The translations under genes and the position numbers were made by a program. The notes beneath the pieces were generated by a model, which saw nothing but the letters and a program-made list of their open reading frames with translations, did no database searches and was not told the DNA's origin. A DNA stretch of 43,239 nucleotides, counting the filler, from Welwitschia mirabilis (Eukaryota): assembly GCA_051453625.1 (NCBI GenBank). It is 3 parts of one record of this genome, joined end to end, with 100 filler letters (N's around TTAATTAATTAA, not from the genome) between each part and the next. Parts side by side here need not be neighbours in the genome. Positions count along the whole stretch, not along the records: positions 1 to 25,761 come from JBOZIK010000001.1; 2 more parts are not named here. The stretch is one strand, 5' to 3'. This document shows, one piece after another, positions 1 to 10,340 of the stretch. How positions within the stretch are numbered: the first letter of the stretch is position 1; every line of letters starts with the position of its first letter.

Positions 1-275
1 TAAAGAATTCCAGTTTACCAAATTCCACCTAAGTCATGGCTTTTGGTGTGATGGTAAAAGGCCCAACAATTGGTATCTAAGCCATGGTTGTTAGCTGGTC
101 TCGGTTTCGAGTCTCCCCGGTGGCTTTCGAGTTCATGTGAGCACTTGGCATGTGAATCGAGGTCAGATTGTTGGGTATGCGGTTCCCATGCCCAGCCCGA
201 CAAGTGGGTAAAATATGATGTGTTCTAGTTTCCACCTAAGCCATGGCTTTTGGTGTAATGGTAAATGGCCCAACA
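1..275 (+). mobile_element. TRIM (terminal-repeat retrotransposon in miniature): partial LTR - PBS - ~100 bp internal - full 107-bp LTR
   Basis: LTR end gcccaaca (61-68), iMet-type PBS tggtatctaagc (71-82), second LTR tgttggg...cccaaca (169-275) repeating 25-68; no coding capacity; same family as 25312-25761. Confidence 0.85.
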
Positions 276-1872
276 CTTTATGCTCTGGTTCCGATCCTTT
301 GATCGTCATTTCTCTAATCCTTTTGTAGTGTCTCTTGCTTCTGCAATATGCGTCCCTCCTTTTTTGTTGCGTTTTATGATTGCCCTGTGATTCTGTTGCA
401 CTTCCAACATCCATTTTGCTGTGTTTCCTCTAGCTGTGTCTTAGTTATTGTCCTAGCCTCCATTGCGTTGGATGTTCGTCCTGTTTAATGGTGCTCGTTA
501 GTTCTAGCGTTTTCTATTCTTTGAATGCTTATTCGCCATTTGTCGATGTCTCCCCTTTTTCTGGATTCGCATCATTGCAAGCAACTTCTAACTATCCCAT
601 TTGCGTTATCTGATTTGGTGGATTCTTATACCTAGTTAAAAAGGCGAATAATTGAAGAGAGGAAAAAAAAATCGGAAGGCAAGACGATGTAGCTGCTACA
701 AGAATCACGCAATTCGATGATACCTTTATTTTCTCATTTAAAAGCACATATCAAGGATCCTTCCGATAAAGTTGTAAAATGGAGAAAACGTCTTGATTTT
801 CCATGTAATGTACATACATCCCACGAATACTGAGCTTACATAAGGAAACCTCTGAAGTAGAGAATGGTTCAAATGATAATTCTCCTAACAAAAGCAGTTT
901 CGAAGATGAATGTTCTTATGTCTCTGATAACCTTGCTTCTTTAAACACTCTGTTAGTGTTCCTTTGTTACTATTCTGATTTCTAAGCATCACTTGGATGT
1001 CTCCTAAGTTCCCTTTAGAAATCCATGCAGGTCCTTGGGTGAATGGCCATGGGACTCATGAAATAACGACTCAGATACAAAACACTCGTCAATGACATTG
1101 AACTTTACTTGAGCCTGTGTAGCGTTGGTGAGGCACAATTTTGTTGATATAACAGCGGAGGAGTACTATTAGAGAGCAGTCATCTGAGATAGAAACATCT
1201 TTTGAGTTGTAGATGCTATGAGAGTTAGGAAGTCAAAGGGCATTGAGTGCTACATCCAACAAACTATGAAGAAGTAGGACTTGCTAGCAAAGCAAAGCGC
1301 AGGCAAATATTCGCATGGACGACCCTTTTCTACTGCACCACCATATCAACAAGCATTTGCATTCTTCGATAGAGCAGGAATCTGCAGGGTAATGGCATGC
1401 TTCTTGCAACAATGACATTCTTGTGGCCATCGATGGTGCACAACCTGCCTTCCCCAACTGCTTTCCTAATTACAAAGCAAAGGAGCGAAAATCTAACTTG
1501 TTCTTTCAAGCATGGTAGACAATTGACTTGCCAATTCTCTACAGAGACACCAGATGGAAGATCTTTCTTTTGAAGAGGTGAAGGATGACACAAAATGCTC
1601 TGTGGTTGCTGCAGCAAGATGGTCGTGGATATGCTAGATACCTGTTTTGATATGGATGTGGGTCAGGTGATCGAGAAGGGTTGTTTCCTCCTGTTTTACT
1701 GAACTTTCGCGCGGGGTGAGTGCGGCTGGGCAGCAGCGTTGTGGTCGCTGCACTTGGCGAGCACTTGGCTTGTCTCGCATTCTTTAACCATTTTTCATCT
1801 GATGCACTAATCTATGCTCCCAATGAANNNNNNNNNNNNNNNNNNNNNNNNAAGCCACTGAATCATCGCCTC

Positions 1873-2765
1873 TGTTAGACTAGAGCTTTTATTCGCTTTG
1901 GTGGGCTATTTTTCATCTGGATCCTTGTTGCTTTCTTTCTAGGTTTCTCAAGTCAACCTGTAACCTTTACAAGTGGACTTTTTGAGGCCAAGTCTCAACC
2001 TTTACAAAGCAAAGCTTTTGTCAAAATAGCGTGCCGAAATGCACTGACTTCACCAGATCTAAAGGACAACCAAGTCAAAAATACACTGTCTGAAAGCAAG
2101 TTCACAAGCCCAAGTAAATATAGTGTAGTCTATTTGACCAAGATCTCAATTGTACAAAAGAGTGCCTTTTTCTTTTTTTTGGTCTATTAATCAAAAAGCC
2201 TCTTTAAGATTTTGACTTATATGGCTTATATAGAAAATGGATTTTAGGGTGTACAAATGAATCCAATGCTCCAATGGTTAAAAATAAGGAGATAATGGCT
2301 AGAAAATAGGCTGCAAAGCTTCATTTCCACCACGACCGGTCGACTCCCTTGGCTGTCGTCACTGAAGCTGGTCGACCCCATTTTCTTCCAGCCGAAATGA
2401 GTTCTTTATGTCACTTAGTGTAGTCTACCCATATAGAATCCAGTCAACCGCATATGGTCTAGGTCTAGTTGACCCCTTTTTATCTGGTCGACCCCTTATG
2501 AGCTTGATAAAATAGTTTTAACACAGGTCTGGTCGACCCCTCTGAAATCCGGTTGACCCCTTGATAAACTAATTTGACAATTTTTGGCATAAGTCCAATC
2601 GACCCCTATGAGATCCGATCGACCCCTTATTTGTTCTGTCACTTGTTAGGCTCAAGCGAAGCTAATGAAAAGTGTTGGATTACTTCTAACTTGCAAGAAC
2701 TAATGTTTTCTGCAAAACACCAAATATGTTAGTTTAACATCAACTTGGCAAAGAATAACTTAACA
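1873..2765 (-). repeat. Solo/partial LTR, probably copia-type, reverse orientation
   Basis: Bounded by tgtta...taaca; about ten ggtcgacccc-like motifs at 2338-2630; minus-strand TATA ctatataag (2225-2233); no clean TSD (gcctc vs cttcc). Confidence 0.55.
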
Positions 2766-4024
2766 CTTCCAACCTTAACTAGCTCACAAAGAAGAAGAAT
2801 CAGGTGATGGCTCCAACTCCAACCTTAAGCCATTGACAATCAATCCCAAGTCAGTTCAAAAAACCCCAAAACTACCTAACACTCTTCCTCCCTCTTTTCC
2901 TCTCCCCCTTTTTCCTTTCTCTCTCCTTTCTCCTTTTTTCCCCTTTCCCCCTTTTCCTCATCCTTCCTCCCTTTATCCTCCTCTTCCTCTTGTTTCCTAC
3001 CACTTTCCCCACCTCCTAGTCCTTCATCTTGATTCCTCTACAAAACCCAATTTCCAGTTTTGCTTTAGCATTTTTTTCAGTCAGCATCTCTATTAGGTTG
3101 TTTTATTCTTTAGAGGCCTAGCACTTGAAGAGAAGATGTCGCTCCTTCGTTCTCTATCACATCCAACTTAACGTCAATTCCAGAAGAGCCCTAAAGTTGC
3201 ATCAACTCCTTAGGGCGCGCCAAAATCAAGCGAGCCTACCCGTGACATTACACCATGGGTGAGTACCAGTCTGATATCTAGTGAGATGACTACTTTTCTG
3301 GGGAAGTGCTCCTCTCTAGTACCATCAGGGACCTGCCACCTGCTTGCCAATGCTCCGTCGAGCTTCTAAGCAACACTTCAATCACAAAATCACAGCTAGC
3401 TCAAGGATAATGAGGACTATTAAATGACAAGGAGATGCTATCGGGTCCCCTTCTCTTCATCATCACATTCACTTGCCATTCCTCCACGTCGCTTCCTCTT
3501 CTCTGCCTCTCATCTATGAGGTAATCTTTCCCTTTCTCTCCCGCTTTTAGGTCTCTATATCTAAGAGACCTTTCTACATTCTCTCTTAATATCCCCCTCA
3601 TCCTTCAGCGTTGTAAAAGCTATACCCAACAATGCAACTCCCCTCCACTTATACCAAATAGTGATCTCACCTTCACCTCTCTTCATGACTTTCAGTTAGC
3701 TGATGGTTCCTCCTCCTCTGCAAAGAAGACTCATGAAGATAACAAAAGGATCTATCACCAAATGCACGTCCTTGGCGATCTCTATGTTTTTGTTAAGTTT
3801 TCTGATTCACTATTCTTACTTATTTATTTTTACAATGTAACTATCCTCCCTTCTTCTTGCCTGGGAGAGGCTTATTCATACTCTTCTCCTCTTTATTTCA
3901 AAGAGTAGCAAAGCTCTTTTCAGAGTGATTAATAAAAGAGTTCTTTTCTATTCTCACTATTTTGTTACTTCCTATTTATAGGCACAATAGAGAGTACGAA
4001 GTACCTTTACTTAGGTAACCCCTG

Positions 4025-4028
<4 letters not shown>

Positions 4029-4108
<80 letters not shown>
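4029..4108. repeat. Compound microsatellite (GT)16(GA)24
   Basis: Directly visible. Confidence 0.98.
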
Positions 4109-4111
<3 letters not shown>

Positions 4112-4819
4112 CTTTACCTTCAACCGAGGCAGAATACCCCTTTAGTATGCCCTGTCTCATTGTTCTTTTGAAGAAATGTGCACACTTAGATACAACCTTA
4201 GGAGGAGATCCAATTGGAACCTCTAATCCCAAACCCCAAATCTATTTCATACACGTCACCCAGCACCTTGAAATAACCTAAGGATGCCTCCTTCACAAAG
4301 TCCTCCCCTTATCCCTTACCTTGTATTCTTGCTTTCTGTTGTTTTACCTACTTTAGTACCTATGAGGATTTACCCATAGGGCTCAGCCCATGCTCTAACC
4401 CTATTCGTTGGTTACTTTGTACCCTAAGGAAAATCACATTGGATACCTAATTCTAGCCGCCCTCTAAAACAAGCCCAAGACCTCACCCTAAAAAGCGGAC
4501 ATTCTTATCCTTTCCAAGCCTAGGGACGGGAATTTGCATTAACACATCTTCTTGGGTGTTAAGGAGGGTGACAAGTCACTACCCTGGCTCATCACTATGA
4601 CACACATTTCAGAACTAAATGATAGACATGAGAGAGGCTGAAGAACCCCTTCAGTTCTCCCTATTCTCATAGAGTTTCTCCTCATCCAACGATTCTTCCT
4701 ATGAGCTATCTTTTCCTGTCTTTCCACCATCTCCTATCATTAATTCTCCACAAGTTTTAACCCTTAACCCACTTAGTGTTTAGCCTATTCCCATGACCAA
4801 CTTGCCACCATGTATAGGT

Positions 4820-5400
4820 GATAACCCTCTCAATTCCCTTGACTATCATGGCTCACCTCCAGAACATGACAAATTCCTCCAAGCTTAAGGCCCTCATTCT
4901 TCCCCTGCCCCAGAGGACCACATTATCACCTTCGTCGAAGGATTGCAGTTCTTGGGTGTGTAGCATGAGTATGTTACTTGTTAGTTGTTTCTCCTTGATC
5001 TTAGAGGAGAAGCACAATTTTTGTGTCTTTGTCTATCCCCCAATGCTATTAGCTCTTGGAATGACCTCATTTAGACATTCCTCCAGTAATTTGGAGAGCA
5101 AACAAATCCAGTGACCCGATATCAATGCTTTGCAACTATCAAGAAAGAGCACACGTAGATGGTCCAAACGTTTAATAATCAATTTTAGATCACCCATAAT
5201 AGACTTCCAGTCTAATACAAACTATCAACCTTCTAAGTCATGGTGATGTACAAGTCTACTCTAGATGGGATGACTTGATTTTTCTTGGAGCAGAGATCCA
5301 ATCTAAATAGTCTCTAGGACCTTATGAATGAGACAGTCTATCTAGAGAGGCTTATGCCTGTCACCCCATATGGCCCTCCAAACATTTAAACTCTGTCATT
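4820..5400 (+). pseudogene. gag: gypsy gag remnant (Retrotrans_gag-like)
   Basis: Manual translation PEDHIITFVEGLQFLGV*HEYVTC*LF...LSPNAISSWNDLI*TFLQ*FGE matches the gypsy gag pattern; stops and frameshifts; boundaries approximate. Confidence 0.7.
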
Positions 5401-6506
5401 AAGCCATCCCAAACATCACATCGCTCCCTGGTAAGACTCTGTTTAATCCTGTAGACCCTCGTTCACCTCAACTACCCCAACTACCAAGCCCCACCACATC
5501 TGCAACCCTCTTGTTTCTTCTGCCTTCTCTTCCACTTGCTACTTCTTCTGCTTCTTCTCAAACTTCTTCTTCTTCATTTTCTTCTTCTCATCCCTCTCAA
5601 TCCAAATCTGCTATCCCCAAGCATGCCTTGCACTCATGCTAGAGCCTCTTTCGGTTTGGAAGTAGGTGGAGAGATAGAAGCTCTTCACAGAATACTAAGG
5701 AACTTGACCCATGATATGGAGCAGCTTAAGATCTCTTAACAGAAAAGAGTTTAGGAAAGAGAAGAAAGATCAATGGAGAAATGGTTCCCAAACACTACCC
5801 ATGATCTGAAACAGCCACGCGTTTAGCCTTCAAGAGAAGATTCCAACATCTCATCCCTTCATGCTTTCTGCCCTTTTCATCAGAGAGGCAATCATTCCAA
5901 GGAGGCTTTCCTAGATTATCTAGATTACCTCCAGATGCAATAGATTATAAAGCCTTCCTAGGTTGCCCCATCTCATTTGAAGCAAACATGCTATTTCGAT
6001 ATCACAAATTCTCTAGGAAAAGTGAATGTGGCATTCATTCCCTAGAAAAGTGAAAATGAACTAGTACACCCTGCAGAGGATATGTCAGCCCTTTAGACTT
6101 TCGTCTATACTAGGAAAGCTAGAGCTACCAACTGGGACGCACTTAGACGCAATCCAACTGATGACAAGGAGAAAAGATCCAAGGGAAAAGAAAAGGATAC
6201 CACCACCACTTAGATTCCCCTAGCAAGAACGCAATGCCACCCAATCAAGATGCTTCCAATGATCCTCCACATCTCCTCGAAGATGAAAGGTATCAACCGT
6301 CCACTTCAACAAGAGTTTCGGCTAAGATAACTAAAGAAGAGAAGAAAAAGTTTGTATCTAAGTATGGCGTCGAGGAAGACTTGAAGAAGTGTAAAGCCAG
6401 TCGATTTATTTTCGATGTCTTACAGATAAGCAAAGAGTAGAGGAGCAAATGATCTTAGGCTTCCATGACGACAGATGTGTAATGATCATAAGATTCCCTT
6501 CTGGAG

Positions 6507-6968
6507 ATGGATGTTGCTGAGTTGGAAGCAAAAGCCACCATCTTCACTGCTAAAAAGAAGGTACCCCTTTTTCTTGTTACATTACATGTGTTTGACCAGA
6601 ATGTTGATAATTATCTTATAGACTTAGGAGCCTCAGCCAACATTCTCCCCTCTGAAGTAGCTAAGCAATTGGACCTCACCCCAGGAGAATGTACCGAAAC
6701 CATAGTTCAACTAGACAAAACCAATGCCACGGTACAAGGCATTTTGAAAGATGTTAAGGTTCAACTAGCTACAGATCACAGGGTAATAAGCATAACAGAT
6801 TTTTATGTCGTGAACATTCCTATGATTTATGGGGCCTTGCTAAGCCAAAGTTGGGTTGCCTCTCTTAATGCCTACATCATTTCCAATTACTCTCAAATAT
6901 GGTTGCCTTCGAAAGGTGTTATGAACCAGATTTGTATCAACAAGGAACCCTACCTAAATATAATATGA
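6507..6968 (+). pseudogene. gypsy aspartic protease domain
   Basis: PLFLVTLHVFDQNVDNYLIDLGASANILP (D-x-G site) ... FYVVNIPMIYGALLSQSW. Confidence 0.85.
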
Positions 6969-7099
6969 CAGCTTATGGCATAAAAAAGACCAACCCTAAA
7001 GAGCTTGTCCAAGACTCAAGGAGAGGAACATACTTCTGTGAAATGGGAGAGTGTACGAAAGCCGAGATACAAGACAACCTCTTAAACACCTCTCCCAAT

Positions 7100-7430
7100 G
7101 AGATTTGGTCCCTATTCTTTGATAGAGCTACCAATACCACGGGCCAAGGGGTAGGAGCAGTACCGCAATCACCAGCTCAACAGTCTCTGCTAAGAGCCTT
7201 CAAGTTGGGATTCTCTGTGTCTAATAATGCCACGAACTTTGAGGCCTTCATACACACTCTTAAGGTAGCATTCTAGAAGAAGATCAAGAAGGCCCATATT
7301 TTTGGAGATTTGGAGGTGGTTATCAAGCAAATTAAATAAGAGTATCAAACCCACAATCCTGTGTCCAAGTCCTAGATCTCCTAGGACAATTCAAAGGGTG
7401 CAAAACTCCCTAGCAAATAAAGTCACCGCT
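7100..7430 (+). pseudogene. Additional archaeal-type RNase H (aRH) domain between protease and RT
   Basis: IWSLFFDRATNTTGQGVGAV..SP..AFKLGFSVSNNATNFEAF..LKVA..KIKKAHIFGDLEVVIKQIK*EYQ fits the W.LxFDG / NNxAEYEA / GDS aRH motifs. Confidence 0.85.
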
Positions 7431-7759
7431 TCCACTACCATACGAACCCCGATGGAGACCTAGCTATTCAAGCACTCCAAATTACCCTCCTTTCTGAGAG
7501 ATCAGTTCCTAACAACATCAAGGACTTTCAAGTCTTTGAAAGAGAGAGCCACATCTTGAGGTCCCGCAAAATTGAGAAGAGTTTCAGAAGCATATTGTAG
7601 ATGAGACAGAAGATGTTGAGAAAGATGGTCACTTCACCAAAGAAGGCATTTCACAACTAGGGACTAAGAGATTCCAGTTGGATTTATCCGACTGAAGAAG
7701 TTCTTTGATGCTAAATTAGACCTTCCCCTCCCCAGGAAATTCACAGATGAAGAGGTGGC

Positions 7760-8007
7760 AAAGGTAAACCTTGGTTCTCCTTAGAAACTCCAGATGCCTA
7801 AAATAGAGAGTCTCTGTTCTAACCAAGAAAGACAGGAAATTCTTTGTNNNNNNNNNNTCAAGGATGTTTTCGCCTGGCCCTATGAAGACCTGAAGGGATT
7901 TGATCCAGAAATTCTCACTCACACCATTCCACTCAAGGAGAGCACCAAACCTTTCCAACAGAGATAGAGGAGACTTAGCTGAGTCATGGAACCTTCGATT
8001 AGGAAAT
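7760..8007 (+). pseudogene. pol: gypsy RT N-terminal part, interrupted at 8008
   Basis: KDVFAWPYEDLKGFDPEILTHTIPLKESTKPFQQR. Confidence 0.85.
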
Positions 8008-8442
8008 TGTTGACTAGAATTATAAGGTAAGCTTTAATGATGACATATGAGTTAGATCAACATGTTGGCCTTAATGAGATGACCACATTTTCATTACTGA
8101 GGTCATGGCAGGATATCCGAATTCTATTGTTGGGATGTCTAGAACTAGTAGTAACTACTAAGCATAATATGGGATTTCCGACTAAATTATCTGGGGCATC
8201 CGAGCTTCATGGCAGTCTAATGAAGTTGGGACATCCGACTATGCAACATAGGACGTTTGTCTGTGCAACAGGGGATGTCTGACCATCTTTGCAGTCCGAT
8301 AAAATAGGGACGTTTGGCTTCATGATCGGGGACATTAGGCATTTAACACAGACAGCGGACCTGACCATAGGACGTCCGAGTTGACTTTTAGAACGTTAGT
8401 GAAGAAAGACGTTGAGTGCAGATTTACCTCCTGATCCTAACA
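8008..8442 (+). repeat. 5' LTR of SIRE-like element (internally deleted)
   Basis: tgttgac...gatcctaaca followed by PBS; aligns to 22376-22772 and 23371-23387. Confidence 0.9.
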
Positions 8443-8444
8443 AT

Positions 8445-8456
8445 TGGCATCAGAGC
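8445..8456 (+). promoter_or_regulatory. Primer-binding site (tRNA-iMet)
   Basis: tggcatcagagc, 2 nt after the LTR end. Confidence 0.9.
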
Positions 8457-8504
8457 CTAGTTGCTCTAGAGTAGTATATTTTCTATTTTCAAGTACATGC
8501 TAAA

Positions 8505-9461
8505 ATGGCATCTCCCAATTATGCAAAAGGACGGTCTATTTCAAGACCTCGCTTGCTTTTAGGAACAAATTATGCATATTGGAAATCAAAGATGGTAATC
8601 TTCATGCAGTCTCTATGCCATTCCCTTCCCCCCAAGGAAGTAAATGAAAAATGGATTCCAAAACCCATGAGTGAGTGGGATCATGATGATAAGAGATCTA
8701 CACAAATAAATGCCAAAGCCATGAATGCCCTCATCTCTGTCTTATCTCTAGCTAAGTACAACAGAGTGGTCTAGTGCACAACTGCTCAAGAAATCTGGCA
8801 AACTCTAAGAGTGGCTCACAAGGGGACGAATGTTGTAAAGAATGCAAAACTTTAGATGCTGGCCACTCAATTTGAAAATATTAGAATAGAAGAATCAAGG
8901 ACAGTTGCAAAATACTTCGAAAATAAATGGTATAGTGAACAACATGTGGGGTCTAGGAGAGACAGTCCCTCAAGACAAAGTGGTTTGGAAGATTCTTAAA
9001 AGTCTCCAAGGAATTTAGACCTAAAGTTACAGCTATAGAGGAAAACAAAGATATTGATAGAATTCGAGTTGAAGAACGTAAAGGATCCCTCATGGCATAT
9101 CAAACTTCCTTACCATCTGAAGAAGAACCTTCCAAGAAGAAAAGTATCACCCTAAAAGCTTTCACTTAGGATGAAGAAGACAACCATTCCAGTGACAATT
9201 TGGAAGATGATGATTTAGCCCTATTACTAAAAACTTCAAGACATTTCTTCACAAAAATGAAGGCAGAAATCCAAGAAAATTTATCAAATGAAGCAACAAA
9301 AAAGGCAAAAGTTCTTCCACACCTATTCAATGTTTTTGAATGCAAAAGTTTTGGTCATATAGCTTCAAATTGTGCCAACAAGGAGAAGAAGGGAAAGGAC
9401 AAAGGCAAAAAGGCATTAAAGGCAACATGGGATGATTATTCTATAGATGCGGATGTTAACT
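8505..9461 (+). pseudogene. gag: copia gag, 5' part
   Basis: MASPNYAKGRSISRPRLLLGTNYAYWKSKM...NAKAMNAL; knuckle remnant FECKSFGHIASNC; KALKATWDD; frameshifts. Confidence 0.9.
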
Positions 9462-9835
9462 TGTCACGACCCCAACAATCTCATAGAATCCAAGAAATTT
9501 TATTAAACACTAACTTGATTATTGTTATTTTGAAAGGCTTAGAAGACACCTTAGCATCATTTCAACACTACCTAGTCAATTCAGGAAAGACTTTAAGTTT
9601 TTAGATGATAGAGTCTTCCTTAATGTTAAACTATTATTAGGTGCTGCAGAAACATAAACATTAAGACTTCCTTAAAAGAATTAATGATAAAATAACTTCT
9701 TTTTCTAAAATTTGGCTAAAAGAATCTCCTGCTTAGAATAATTTAATAGGTGAGATTACTTAATTAAGGAAACACATCTTTGGTTAGTATTAGATTTTCT
9801 TCCTAGCACTGTAATTTGTTTAAGTATTTATTCTT

Positions 9836-10340
9836 TTATTAAAACCTACTGTTACCCTTCTATATTAGCTTTCCAAAGTCCAAGAACTTTGGAAAGCAAC
9901 ACAAAAAGGTTTCAATGGGGTTTGTGTTAGGAAATTTCGCTTATTAAAACTTTCTCTTAAAAAATTGTTTTATTAAAAACCAACTTTACCCTTATATATT
10001 AGCTTTCTAAAGACCAAGAACTTTTGAAAGCAAACACTAAAAGGATTCAATGGGGTTTATGTGAGGAAATTTTCACTAATTAAAACTTTCTCTTAAAAAG
10101 TTTTGTTATTAAACCCAAGGTTACCCTTCTATATTAGCTTTCCAAAGTCCAAGAACTTTGGAAAGTAACGCTAAAAGGGTTCAATGGGGTTCATGTGAGG
10201 AAATGTTTACTTATTAAAACTTTATTTTAAAAAGTTCTTTTATTAAAACCTAAGGTTACCCTTATATATTAGCTTTTCAAAGTTTAAGAACTTTAGAAAG
10301 CAGTGCTAAAAGAATTCCTTAGGGTCTATGTCAGAAAACT
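9836..10340. repeat. Tandem array A: 4 units of ~135 bp, each with a 12-bp stem-loop
   Basis: Stem-loops start at 9868, 10002, 10137, 10272; consensus gctttccaaagt-ccaaga-actttggaaagc. Confidence 0.92.

Noticed and set aside
900-1620. Possible LINE RNase H remnant (DLLAKQSA)
   Set aside because: Only a few residues match and there is no continuous frame
2833-3096. Pro/Phe/Ser-rich ORF
   Set aside because: Translation of a CT-rich low-complexity tract; likewise 4011-4232 (microsatellite), 5536-5739 and 11399-11641
2766-4820. 5' LTR and PBS of the Tat element
   Set aside because: No partner LTR in the window and no convincing PBS found
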